Positions 23,712 through 36,389 are shown, numbered from the whole stretch's first letter. The stretch is DNA of 63,563 bases, filler included, from Octopus bimaculoides (GCF_001194135.2; 4 parts of 4 records of this genome joined end to end with filler, not necessarily neighbours in it); one strand, 5' to 3'. Made by a program: numbers and translations. The notes: a model not told the origin generated them from the letters alone.

Positions 23712-24041
23712 TTAATATAGAAAGGATTGAGGCAACTCCTCCTGAAGATATAGAGTCAAAATTAAAAGAAGAGTGCCATTGTTATCTAGTGAACGATATT
23801 TCGACATCTTGTGTGTCTTTAACTGGTTCAAAAAATAAATTTGTCAATCTACTTCATTTTGGTTAATATAGAAAGGTTTGCGGTAGATTGACAAAATGAA
23901 GTAGATTGACAAATTTATTTTTCTAATCAGTTGAAGACACACAAGATGTCGAAATATCGTTCACTAGATAACAATGGCACTCTTCTTTTAATTTTGGCTC
24001 TATATCTTCAGGAGGAGTTACCTCAGTCCTTTATATATTAA
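23712..24041. repeat. Foldback inverted repeat, ~150-bp arms with a 30-bp spacer
   Basis: Arm 23712-23861 is the reverse complement of 23892-24041 apart from a handful of substitutions. Confidence 0.95.
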
Positions 24042-24280
24042 CCAAAATGAAGTAGATTGTCAAATGACTGAAACAAAGAAAAGAATAAAAGGATAAACAA
24101 AAAGTATGAAAAATTCTTAATTCTGTAAAGCAGAAAGTAAGCAAGCGGCCCTCAAAAGACTTTCTGTGATTCAAGTGGCCCGCAATGTAATTCGAATTGG
24201 TCAGGACCCGGTCTAGTAGATTATTATTCGTTGACGTAAATCCGCTGCATTTAACTAAGAAGAGATTCCATTAAGTAAAT

Positions 24281-24337
24281 TATATAGGGTCTGATGAGGG
24301 ATACTCAGAGTAACTAACAGCATATAATCTATAATTT
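24281..24337 (+). ncRNA. Decayed hammerhead-like motif
   Basis: tatagggt-CTGATGA-gggatactc a gagta...aatctataattt. Partial stems I and II, but GAAAC is not intact. Confidence 0.3.
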
Positions 24338-24679
24338 GTATTGCTTTGCACACGCACGCACACACATACACTCACATATATGCACACACGCATGCACACA
24401 TTCACACACATACATGCACGCACAAACACACATACACACGCACACACACACGCAAGCACGCACGCACTTTCTCACACAGAGACAAGACTAGGACATTTTC
24501 CATATATTTTCTAGTAACCACTCCTTTTTTCTTTATTTTTTGCAAAATTATATTTATCGATATTTTGTTTTCCATTTCACAGTTTTGCTCGATGATACAT
24601 CATCATCATCATCATCAACAACAACAAGAAGGTCAACAGCAGCAACAACAACGGTAAGTTGACAATATTACAGCTTCTG

Positions 24680-24794
24680 ATGTTGATGATAATGATGATG
24701 ATGATGATGATGATGAGGATGATGACGATGACGACGATGACGATCATGACTACCATGATGCAATGATGATGATAATGATGATGATGATGATGAC

Positions 24795-24826
<32 letters not shown>

Positions 24827-25025
24827 GGATGATGAGGATGATGATGATGATGGTGATAGTGATGATGATGATGATGATGATGATGACGAAGATGATGATG
24901 ATCATAGTGATGATGACGATCATAGTGATGATGACGATCATAGTGATGATGATGATGATGACGACGATGATGATGATGATTACGATGACGATGGTGATGA
25001 CGATGGTGATGACGATGATGGCGAT
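24680..25025. repeat. Long imperfect (GAT)n trinucleotide array
   Basis: Directly visible. Source of the poly-M/H/I ORFs in the track. Confidence 0.95.
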
Positions 25026-25206
25026 ACACACAGCTTCAACAAACTTTTGATAAACACTTTTGATAGCACTGGAAGATGAGGCTTTTTTTATTATTATTAT
25101 TTTTCTTCATTTTTTTTTTATTCTTCCCCTTACATATTTTATCATATTTCTATTCATTCTGATATGTTTTTTTTTTCTGCTTAGTTATTATTGTTACTAT
25201 TGTTGC

Positions 25207-25242
<36 letters not shown>

Positions 25243-25505
25243 GTTGTTGCTGTGCCCTTTAATGTTTCCATCTGCTTTTCGTGTTTGGTGAGGATTTGTT
25301 TTCTTATCTATGGTTTACAGACATCATTGTTGCGTGTGTGTGTGAGTGTATATGATCTATGTGTATGTATATAATTTATATGTATATGTATATATTATTT
25401 ACATTATTATATATATACATATATACATATACATATATAAATATATATAATATATACGTAGACATATATATGTATATGTATATAAATATATATGTATATG
25501 TATGA

Positions 25506-25553
<48 letters not shown>

Positions 25554-26289
25554 NNNNNNNNNNNNNNNNNNNNNNNNNNNNNNNNNNNNNNNNNNNNNNN
25601 NNNNNNNNNNNNNNNNNNNNNNNNNNNNNNNNNNNNNNNNNNNNNNNNNNNNNNNNNNNNNNNNNNNNNNNNNNNNNNNNNNNNNNNNNNNNNNNNNNNN
25701 NNNNNNNNNNNNNNNNNNNNNNNNNNNNNNNNNNNNNNNNNNNNNNNNNNNNNNNNNNNNNNNNNNNNNNNNNNNNNNNNNNNNNNNNNNNNNNNNNNNN
25801 NNNNNNNNNNNNNNNNNNNNNNNNNNNNNNNNNNNNNNNNNNNNNNNNNNNNNNNNNNNNNNNNNNNNNNNNNNNNNNNNNNNNNNNNNNNNNNNNNNNN
25901 NNNNNNNNNNNNNNNNNNNNNNNNNNNNNNNNNNNNNNNNNNNNNNNNNNNNNNNNNNNNNNNNNNNNNNNNNNNNNNNNNNNNNNNNNNNNNNNNNNNN
26001 NNNNNNNNNNNNNNNNNNNNNNNNNNNNNNNNNNNNNNNNNNNNNNNNNNNNNNNNNNNNNNNNNNNNNNNNNNNNNNNNNNNNNNNNNNNNNNNNNNNN
26101 NNNNNNNNNNNNNNNNNNNNNNNNNNNNNNNNNNNNNNNNNNNNNNNNNNNNNNNNNNNNNNNNNNNNNNNNNNNNNNNNNNNNNNNNNNNNNNNNNNNN
26201 NNNNNNNNNNNNNNNNNNNNNNNNNNNNNNNNNNNNNNNNNNTATATATATATATATATATATGCATACACATGCATATATAAACATTT

Positions 26290-26830
26290 ACGAAAATGCC
26301 AACATCATGTTGGTATCACTGGCTCTAAATTTGTCAACGACCAACCAACTGACGAGGAATTTTATTCCCACACTGATATATTTGGTGTTACTTCTTTCTG
26401 CTCTGCAGAGAATCGGGGAGGAACACATAGCGGAGACTCTTAGAGGAAGGTTACCAAATACCAGGAACTGGTAGAGTAAAGAAAATATCGGGACCCACAG
26501 ACATGTGGCAAGGCAGTTGATGAAGTGGTCTTCTGTTTGTTTTTGTATTGTTTTTTGGTGGGAAGGGGAGTGGACATTCATTCTGCGAAGTTCTAACTGT
26601 TGTTGGAGTTGCTGATGCAGCAAATTGAAAGGCCATAAATTTCATTGCTGAAACTACAGAGAAGGCCACTAGGTGGCTTCGGATAAAGAGGACAGACCAG
26701 TGGTTTGATACTACTGGAAAGGAAGCTGGGACTTGATCAACCCCGGTTGGTTCAATTGAGTGAAGTGGGTCTGGTGTTGAAAGACCCGAAACCACCTGAT
26801 ATCCTAGACACGTCAGTCATGATGCATCCC
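26290..26830 (+). pseudogene. HERO-clade-like RLE non-LTR retrotransposon 3' end (endonuclease C-terminus plus 3' UTR)
   Basis: Own translation: GEEHIAE...KYQELVE*...VLTVVGVADAAN*KAINFIAETTEKATRWLRIKRTDQW...GT* (stop 26734-26736). This resembles the HERO C-terminal motif EAAEKATRWLWIKR. The UTR carries a gggtct/agaccc hairpin. Confidence 0.75.
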
Positions 26831-26901
26831 CGTACACAGCGTGAGATGCATCTTAACATTAAATCAATATGTTCTAAATATTTTTTTACCGATTCTCTCT
26901 C

Positions 26902-26958
<57 letters not shown>

Positions 26959-27102
26959 ATACATGCATATATATATGTACATGTATATTTGTATGTACAT
27001 ATATGTATATATGTATGATTCAGAAAACAGAAGACAAAGACAGGTGCGGCAACAACAAGCAGGTGTATTAGTTTGATGCTCGGACAGAAAGGAAACGTCT
27101 TT

Positions 27103-27138
27103 CTTTGACGTTTCGAGCCTAGGCTCTTCGATAGAAAG
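27103..27138 (-). ncRNA. Minimal hammerhead-like motif, core decayed
   Basis: Minus strand reads cttt-ctatcga-a-gagcctaggctc-GAAAC-GTC-aaag. 4-bp stem I, palindromic stem II, two core mismatches. Confidence 0.5.
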
Positions 27139-27780
27139 GGATGAGAGGAAAAAGAAAAGGAGAGAGGAGAGAGAGAAACGGAGAGAGAAAAGAACTGTCG
27201 GAATTAACGGTTTAACATGATGAAATCACCGGAAGAAAGAGGCCGGGTGAAGGGGAGATAACAGTGACCCGGTTGAACTACGGTGCAGAAGCGCGTGTGT
27301 GTATGTAAGAACGGTGTGTGTGAGTATGTGTGACTATGTGGGCGAGCGTGTGTGTATGTATGCGTATGAAAGCTTAAAAATATGTGTCTGTGTGTGTATG
27401 AGAGCGTGTATTTATGTGTATAAATAAACTAGCGCGTAAGTTATGCGCAGTAATGTATGTTCCGTGTATGTATGTATAAACGTGTGTCTTTGTGTGCGTG
27501 GCATGTGTGATGGACGTGTGTATATGTGTAGGTGTGAGAGTGACGGTTTATAATATATGTGTGTGAGGCTATCATCTTAACACACTACAGCCTTCAACAT
27601 CACTATCATAACCATCAGTCATCATCATCAGCACCACTATAATCCAAATTCGCTCTATAAGCTATTGAGAGGGCCACTAGGCATCCACTTGACCTTCTAA
27701 AAATATTAACCATCAAGCCCCACATCACATCCTACCGTTCAACAAAATAATAACATTGAGTAATGTAGTCTTAGATCGTA

Positions 27781-28162
27781 GTACTCCGTCGGTTACGACG
27801 ACGCAGGTTCCAGTTGATTCGATCAACGGAACAGCCTGCTTGTGAAATTAACGTGCAATTAATGGCTGAGCACTCCACAGACACGTCTACCCTTAACGTA
27901 GTTCTCGGGGAGATTCAGCGTGACACAGAGTGTGACAAGACGGGCCCTTTGAATTACAGGCACAACAGGAAACAGGAAGTAAGAGCGAGAGAAAGTTGTG
28001 GTGAAAGAGTATATCAGGGTTTGTCACCACTTCTGCCAGAGCCTCGTGGAGCTTTAGGTGTTTTCGCTCAATAAACACTCACAACACCCAGTCTGGGAAC
28101 CAAAACAGTGATTCTACGACAATGAGTCCGCTGCCCTAACCACTGGGCCATTGCGTCTCCAC
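27781..28162 (-). mobile_element. Full-length tRNA-derived SINE (OR1-like)
   Basis: Minus strand begins gtggagacgcaatggcccagtggttagggcagcggac (A-box TGGCCCAGTGG) with a degenerate B-box. Body shared with 1-70, tail shared with 31095-31225. Confidence 0.85.
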
Positions 28163-28431
28163 GTAGTCTCAGATACATTATCACTGAAAACAAAAGTGTT
28201 TACGGCAGAGACGTTTTTCATGATAAATCTGCCCACTTAAGGCTAACCTAGGGTTAAACAACAGCAAGCATGGCAACGAATCTCCCTCGTTGTGGTAGCC
28301 ATCGTTATTATCCTGAATCTTCTCTTCATCTAAGTTGTCGCCAACCAATCAAGAAGGTGAAAGATCAACAAGTACTCAAGTGCTTCCGTTGTCGTCATTT
28401 TACTATATACATCCCCTGCAATATTTAATAA

Positions 28432-28518
<87 letters not shown>

Positions 28519-28521
28519 AGG

Positions 28522-28672
28522 ACATGAGCATGGCTGCGTGGTTGAGAAATTCGGTGTGTAGCTGCATGGTTCCGTATTCGATCCCGCTGTGCGACACTTT
28601 GAGCATACGTCTTCTATTATAGCCTTGCATTACGATTCTGTGGGTGGAAACTGTGCTGAAGCCTGTCCTGTA
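28522..28672 (+). mobile_element. Decayed CORE-SINE 5' part
   Basis: gcatggctgcgtggttgagaa...gttccgtattcgatcccgctg...gtcttctattatagcc...ggaaactgtgctgaagcc. Confidence 0.6.
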
Positions 28673-28762
28673 TGAGTGTCCATGTTTATGTGTGAATATA
28701 TACAAAGTCAGGCACACACGCACATAAAATATGTGCATATGCATGTATGTATGTATGTAAAG

Positions 28763-28799
<37 letters not shown>

Positions 28800-28940
28800 C
28801 ACGCATACTCTTCCAAGTAAATTTTATCTATCTATCTATCTATCTATATATNNNNNNNNNNNNNNNNNNNNNNNNNNNNNNNNNNNNNNNNNNNNNNNNN
28901 NNNNNNNNNNNNNNNNNNNNNNNNNNNNNNTATATATATA

Positions 28941-28990
28941 CAATAATCCCTCGAATATCGCGGGTGTTGTGTTCCAAACGACTCCCCGCT
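28941..28990 (+). mobile_element. Possible Tigger-type MITE terminus
   Basis: ta|caataatccctcgaatatcgcgggtgttgtgttcc resembles pogo/Tigger TIRs. The partner was not found. Confidence 0.3.
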
Positions 28991-29055
28991 TTAAAAAAAA
29001 ACTTACGAAAAAACCATGAGAGCAAAGCGCCCTTTGTCTTCTGGTCTATATGTGC

Positions 29056-29108
<53 letters not shown>

Positions 29109-29368
29109 TTGGGTGAGTCACTTTCTTGCTGCTATTGAGTCTCCAAAGAGACAATAGTTGTCAAGACAATAATCGCGATATTTTTTCTGCCTACAGAAAA
29201 TTTGTTTACATTTCGCAGTGAGAACAAAACCGTTCACAAACCAGAGATTAAACTGTACACACATACACATATATTAACGTTTGTTTTTATGTAAAGTTAT
29301 ATACAAAAACAGTTCTGTAGAATACAGTGTTTATTTAGTTTTATTAATAACCGTTTGAAAGTAAATTC

Positions 29369-29396
29369 GACGTTTCGGCTTACTTGCCGTCATCAG
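29369..29396 (-). ncRNA. Minimal hammerhead ribozyme core
   Basis: Minus strand reads CTGATGA-c-ggc aagtaa gcc-GAAAC-GTC. Every core nucleotide is intact, but the flanks do not form stem I. Confidence 0.55.
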
Positions 29397-29597
29397 TTTC
29401 GAGATGGCAAGTAATCTGAAACTTCGAAGGTACTTTTCAAACTTTTTCTTGTATATATACCTGTGTGTGTGGGAGGGGTATATTTGTGATTGTGTATATT
29501 GTGTGTGCATGTTTGCATATGAGTGTGTGCGCATATGAGTATGTATACTTATATGTAAGTTATCTCTCTTTCATATTGCATAAACACCCACCATATA

Positions 29598-29648
<51 letters not shown>

Positions 29649-30399
29649 NNNNNNNNNNNNNNNNNNNNNNNNNNNNNNNNNNNNNNNNNNNNNNNNNNNN
29701 NNNNNNNNNNNNNNNNNNNNNNNNNNNNNNNNNNNNNNNNNNNNNNNNNNNNNNNNNNNNNNNNNNNNNNNNNNNNNNNNNNNNNNNNNNNNNNNNNNNN
29801 NNNNNNNNNNNNNNNNNNNNNNNNNNNNNNNNNNNNNNNNNNNNNNNNNNNNNNNNNNNNNNNNNNNNNNNNNNNNNNNNNNNNNNNNNNNNNNNNNNNN
29901 NNNNNNNNNNNNNNNNNNNNNNNNNNNNNNNNNNNNNNNNNNNNNNNNNNNNNNNNNNNNNNNNNNNNNNNNNNNNNNNNNNNNNNNNNNNNNNNNNNNN
30001 NNNNNNNNNNNNNNNNNNNNNNNNNNNNNNNNNNNNNNNNNNNNNNNNNNNNNNNNNNNNNNNNNNNNNNNNNNNNNNNNNNNNNNNNNNNNNNNNNNNN
30101 NNNNNNNNNNNNNNNNNNNNNNNNNNNNNNNNNNNNNNNNNNNNNNNNNNNNNNNNNNNNNNNNNNNNNNNNNNNNNNNNNNNNNNNNNNNNNNNNNNNN
30201 NNNNNNNNNNNNNNNNNNNNNNNNNNNNNNNNNNNNNNNNNNNNNNNNNNNNNNNNNNNNNNNNNNNNNNNNNNNNNNNNNNNNNNNNNNNNNNNNNNNN
30301 NNNNNNNNNNNNNNNNNNNNNNNNNNNNNNNNNNNNNNNNNNNNNNNNNNNNNNNNNNNNNNNNNNNNNNNNNNNNNNNNNNNNNNNNNNNNNNNNNNN

Positions 30400-30437
<38 letters not shown>

Positions 30438-30732
30438 TTCTTTATTTCTTCCTATCAGTTTATGTATATTTGTCTCATTTAGTTACAGATTTCTCTCTCT
30501 TTATATATTTATGTGTATAGACTAATATACACATTCACACGCGCGCGCGCACACACAAAGACACACGCATACACACACACAAAGACATTCGCACACACAC
30601 CACATATATATACATACATGTGATTTTTAAAGCATAAAAATTAAGAAATACATGTAACTATATGTGCTGTGTGCATATGTCTTTTGTGTACGTGTCTTTG
30701 TGTGTGTGTATATATATATATATGTGTGTATG

Positions 30733-30766
<34 letters not shown>

Positions 30767-31039
30767 TACGCACACACATAGAGACATATATTTGTGTGTA
30801 GGTTTGCGCTCGTGTATGTGTGTGTTTCGATATTACAACAAAGTGAAGTGTGAAGATATACAGGAACGTGCTCATATGCATATGAGCCTGTAGAGATAAA
30901 TAAGGATTGAAACCACCACACCAAGCATTGTTGACATCTCTAATATCAGACACCATCACCAGGACAACCATTCTCACCACCATCACCAGATATATATATC
31001 TGTGTGTGTGAACATTTGAATATATGTGAATGCAGTGAA

Positions 31040-31235
31040 GGCTTTATTTCACGTTGCTCCAGTCCACTCAGCTGGCAAAAATGAGTTGCACCTATATTTC
31101 AAAGGGACCAGCTTTGTCATACTCTCTGTCACATTGAATCTCCCCGAGAACTACGTTAAGGGTACATGTGTCTGTGGAGTGCTCAGCCACTTGCACGTTA
31201 ATTTCACGAGCAGGCTGTTCTGTTGATCGTAACCG
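31040..31235 (+). mobile_element. SINE with the tail of the 27781-28162 family but a different upstream segment
   Basis: tatttcaaaggg...ccccgagaactacgttaagggtac...ttaatttcacgagcaggctgttc...gtaaccgacggagt matches the reverse complement of 27781-27960. The upstream acgttgctccagtccactcagctggcaaaaatgag does not. Confidence 0.75.
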
Positions 31236-31987
31236 ACGGAGTGCTCCTATATGTGCATGTACGCATGTATGTGCATTTATATATGTATATATGTATGTAT
31301 GTGCATGTATGTTTGTATGTGTATATATATGTGTGTGTGTGTGTGTATGTAAGTATGTATGTATGAAAATGTGAGTTAACTTGCGCGTAGTGACGCACAA
31401 GTGTGTATATTCGCATGTGTGTCTGTATGTGTATATGTGTGGTCGCAAATACATAATATGATGGCATATGTGCGTGTGAATGCTTCCGTGTGTTCGCGCT
31501 TATCCTACTTCCTTTCATTAAGTAAGGAAACACTAATGAAAGCAGCATCTCAGAAAGAGTCTATTGAAATATAATATCACTAATTCTACGTCACAGTGAC
31601 GTCAACAACCGTGTGCGTATGTATGTAAGTGTGCGTGTAACTACGTATTTGTCTTTGACAGATATTATGTCTATGTATTTGTATGGACGTCTAAATGAGG
31701 TGCGTGCGTATGTGTGTGTGTGAATAGGTATACATGTATATTCATGTATATAAGTTCCTATATAAGAATTTATGGATATATAATTTGCTTTTTATTCCTT
31801 CTCCGAACTCTCTATACACCTCCTGATTACTAAGTGTATATAAACGTTTCGTCTAAATGTAAACTGCGTATTATTTGATTGTCTGTCTCAAGAATTTCTA
31901 ACAGAAAATTTCTTACATATTTATCCGACAGGTAAAAATAAAGGGGTAAAGTTCCCGCTTCGGTCATGAATGACCATGGGGTTGCAC

Positions 31988-32460
31988 CAGGGCTTGGTTA
32001 AGACCCATAGAGGCACTAAGCATTTAAAAAGGTTTTAGTGACCCCACATATATGTAATCCATAATATAAACAATAAAAAAAAGCATGAAATAAATTTTTA
32101 TTTTTCAAAATGAACCAAAGATGGAAAATAATGTTTATTTTTGTATACTTCCACTTTATTTATATTTGAAAAGTTTTCTCCAGCTTCCTTTAATCGCAAA
32201 GTCTTTCAAAATTAATCTTACGTAACGCATCTGCTTCTCTTCTTGGTAAAAATAAAACAATCAGTCTGCCTTGTTGCATAGTTGTCTTGATGAGATTTTT
32301 AATATACGTCAACTGTGAAAATGAACGTTTATCTGAGCAAACTGTGACCATTGGTGTTAAAAATATACGGAAGGCACGCATTTGGAAAGGTTCACTCAAT
32401 AATGTTTATTTTAGCAAGTTTAAAACGATTTCTAACAACTTTTCCAACTTCCTGTTTTAA
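31988..32460 (-). mobile_element. hAT transposon 3' end with dimerisation-domain remnant
   Basis: IFLTPMVTVCSDKRSFSQLTYIKNLIKTTMQQGRL...RKINF (ORF 32190-32399). Terminus cagggcttggttaagaccc at 31988. Confidence 0.75.
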
Positions 32461-32864
32461 TATATGTATGCATGTAAGTATGTATGTATGTATGTATGTA
32501 TGTATGTATGTATGTATGTATGCGTGTGTGTATATGAGTGTGTGCATGTATGTAGTATATATATATAGCCAAGTTAGTACTAAGGTATTTGATAGAGGAA
32601 CATTTTTTGAACGATTTTTGTAGTTTTAAAAGTTTGTCTAATTAGCCAATGACTAATATTATTTAAGTTAATTTGCCAAGTACAGGAGGTAACTCTGGAT
32701 ATGTTTACCTAAGCACAAAGCTCGTCATAAATTATCGAAATAATGATTAGTTAATTATTAATTCATCTTTGATGATCGCACACTTTGCGACATTAACTAA
32801 AATAACGTAAGTCATTACATCTTCATTATATAATTATTTCTAATTAAGATTTTAGTATTCCTTG

Positions 32865-33012
32865 CCCTAAACGCCGGATGCTTGTCAGAGTTCTTGGAGA
32901 CAATGCTTAGCGACATCTCTTCTGGAACTTCACGTTCTGAGTTCAAATGGTTCTGAGGTTGATGTAAACGAGTAGCCCCCTCCCAACAAAATTGCAGGCT
33001 TTGTGTCTGCGT
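32865..33012 (+). mobile_element. Internally deleted OK-like SINE
   Basis: aatgcttagcgacat...acgttctgagttcaaat...cccctcccaacaaaattgcaggctttgtg. Confidence 0.65.
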
Positions 33013-33524
33013 GTAGTACAGAAGAATGCTTCCTGTCTTAATTATCATTTTTTTTTCAGACGGTATTTCATTAGCCCTATAATTACTTATACTCGAGAAA
33101 ATTCCATTGATGTCCACAATGAAATACTGCTCTCGCGCTTTGGTGCTGTTACACACAATATTAAAATTGAGCGATCTATTCAGGATGGTACATGTTTCCA
33201 CATCACCATTCAGATCACAGACGACGAGCGCCAAATTCATCGCCAACGCCTTGGACAAAAGTTATCAATGTGATCTACCTTGTTCAGATTTTCTCATCAG
33301 CGAATTCTCTCGTCGATTCACGTACATAGGATGTATGAATGTCTGTATGTACGTAGTTATATATGTGTATCTATGCATGTATGCATGTAGATACGTACTG
33401 TGTAGGTATACGCGTAAGTCTGAAAATGTGTTTATGTATATATGCATTTGTGAATATGTGTGTATTGCTCTGAAGGAATAGATGTACGCCTGCATATATA
33501 TCCGAGCGTATTTGAGTAAATATA

Positions 33525-33606
<82 letters not shown>

Positions 33607-34140
33607 CATATGTATATACATGTATATATATATAAATACACGCGTGCGTGCACTCACACACACATGTATAGTGATATATGTCTCTATTTTTACATTAATA
33701 TATGCGTGTGTATATATATATTCACACATTTTCACACATACATATATTCAAACATACATATTGAACGTAAGTAAAAAAATGTTTCCCTTTGTTCGTGTGT
33801 GTATATGAATGTATTTGTCCCTCTCGTTTGTGTGTGAGTGTGTGTGTGTGTGTGTGTGTGCGTGCGTGCGTTCGTGCATGTGTGTTTGTGTGTGTGTTCG
33901 TGCGTGTGTGTCTAACAGCGTGCACATAACATTGCTAGCTAATATCTACAAGGTGACCTGTTAAGGGTCGGTTAATGACCACTCAACTGGAACGATCTGA
34001 GAGCAAGGAAGGACGGAAAGGGGTGGGGTGTGAGGTGAGGAGGGGGAGAAGGCAGAGGAAAAGAGGTTGAGCTTGTTAAACAAAAATAAAATGATGCTAA
34101 TAATAATAACAACAACAACAACAACAACAATAATAATAAT

Positions 34141-34208
<68 letters not shown>

Positions 34209-34392
34209 TGATAGTTTATTTTATTGCCACAAGAGCAACGGATGGGGGACAGTTATATCAATAACAAGTAAGTAAGTAAATAAAAAAAATTATTTAAAAA
34301 ATAACAATTGTAATAAAAAAAAAAGACAGGAACGATATGCATAATAATAAGAAGTACAATAACGAAATATAGAACTACCAAAGCGAGATGAC

Positions 34393-34444
<52 letters not shown>

Positions 34445-34778
34445 GTGGTGGTGATGATGATGATGATGATGATGATGATGGTGGTGGTGATGATGATGAT
34501 GATGATGATGGATGATGATGGTGGTGGTGGTGGTGGTGATGATGATGATGATGATGATGATGACGGTGGTGGTGGCGGTGGTGATGATGATGGTGGTGAT
34601 GATGATGACGACGACGATTTTTTTTTTTACTTTGCCACAGGGGCATTGACATGGGAAAAGTCACACGCACAATCTATAATTTGTGTGTATGGGTGGGGGA
34701 AAGTGCATAAAAGATGAGGGAAAGAAAAGAGGAACCAGCTACTACCACCACTACTACGACTACTACTACTACTACTAC

Positions 34779-34819
<41 letters not shown>

Positions 34820-34974
34820 GTGGTGATGATGATGTTGATGATGAAGGTGATTTCTTTATTAACCGCAAAGGGTCTACATTAAGAAGAGAAAAAAACATTA
34901 ATAATAAGTTACAGACAGACAGTGGGGAGGAGGAGAGACTGAACGGTCGAAAAGAAAAGAATAGAAAGCACTAA

Positions 34975-35032
34975 GAGAGAAGGAACAGAATAGAGAAGAG
35001 AGAGAGAGAGAAAGAAAGAGAGAAAGAAAGAG

Positions 35033-35111
<79 letters not shown>

Positions 35112-35115
35112 AAAG
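34975..35115. repeat. (GA)n/(GAAA)n array
   Basis: Directly visible. Confidence 0.95.
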
Positions 35116-35419
35116 TGGTTGAAGTAAAGAAGTAAAAGAGAAAATGGCGACGCACAGAGTGGAAAAGAAGGCGAGAAGGAGAAAAGGAGAGATGGAGAGA
35201 GGCGAGGGAGAGAGGAAGAAGCAGAACGAGGAGGAAGAGGGAGACGTTGTGAGAGAAAGAGCAAAGGGATAAGAAAGAGGCGTGGAGAGTTCAGCGATGT
35301 GATGACAAGAAGGAGAAAGAGAAGAGTTGGACGACGGCTTTTATCATTGAAATCAAGAATCAAATGTATGTATTCGTGGGTGCGTCAGTATGTGTGTCTG
35401 TGTGTGCCTCTGTGTGTGC

Positions 35420-35497
<78 letters not shown>

Positions 35498-35998
35498 TGA
35501 GGTATACAGGGCATGGCTTCTAACCCATGTTCAGAACTCCATGTGTTCCATTGTAGCTCGAAAGACGCCTCCGTAAAACGAAATTGAATTACGTTTTTTC
35601 GAAATATCCCGATGTTGTTCTCTCCATCAATATTTTATAATACAGAATATTATAGAGAGACAGAAATAACGTCGATATATATTCATTCGTGAAAGGATGT
35701 AATGAATAAACGCAGGAACATATCGCCACTCGTATGTATATACATATATATGGAGAGAGAGAGAATGAGAGGGAGAGATACACACACATATTTATACATA
35801 CATAACACATTTATATATATATATCAATATGTGTGTGTGTGTCTGTGGATGGATGTTTATATGCACACACATGAACACAAACAGAAGTCTCAGTGTGTGC
35901 GCGCGCTTTGTGTCTTTAGCTTCATGCAACCGTTCGCATGTTTGCTGCTTTTATTTTTACGTTTTCACACTGCTGATGCACAAATATATTCCATTTTG

Positions 35999-36049
<51 letters not shown>

Positions 36050-36123
36050 CATCTATCTATCTAACTTTTCTTTCTCTCACTGCATACATATATATGTGTA
36101 TACACACACATACACACACATAA

Positions 36124-36170
<47 letters not shown>

Positions 36171-36203
36171 TATATACATACGTACACGCCACGCACGCAC
36201 GCA

Positions 36204-36248
<45 letters not shown>

Positions 36249-36389
36249 TTATATATATTTATATCCGTGTGCGGAGTATGTGCTGAGCGTTTCGGGATAA
36301 TAGTGAAGCATTTTCCACAGGCACATAAGTATAGAAAGATATTCAATAAGTATAGCTTGAGTGTCTCGTTTATCTGTACATTTAATGTG

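Noticed and set aside
23735-23965. CTGAAGA and GAAATATCGTT in the foldback suggesting a hammerhead
   Set aside because: Within one arm the two half-motifs lie on opposite strands, so no HHR fold is possible.
26765-26800. gggtctggtgttgaaagacccgaaac in the HERO-like 3' UTR as an HHR
   Set aside because: No CUGANGA core and no cleavage triplet geometry; a simple hairpin.
27781-28162. tRNA-like sequences with A/B boxes at SINE 5' ends
   Set aside because: They continue into SINE bodies and cannot form complete cloverleaves; not tRNA genes.
32815-33258. Minus-strand ORF with DLNGDVE resembling a protocadherin repeat
   Set aside because: Lacks DRE/DxNDNxP motifs and correct spacing; part of the ORF is SINE sequence.
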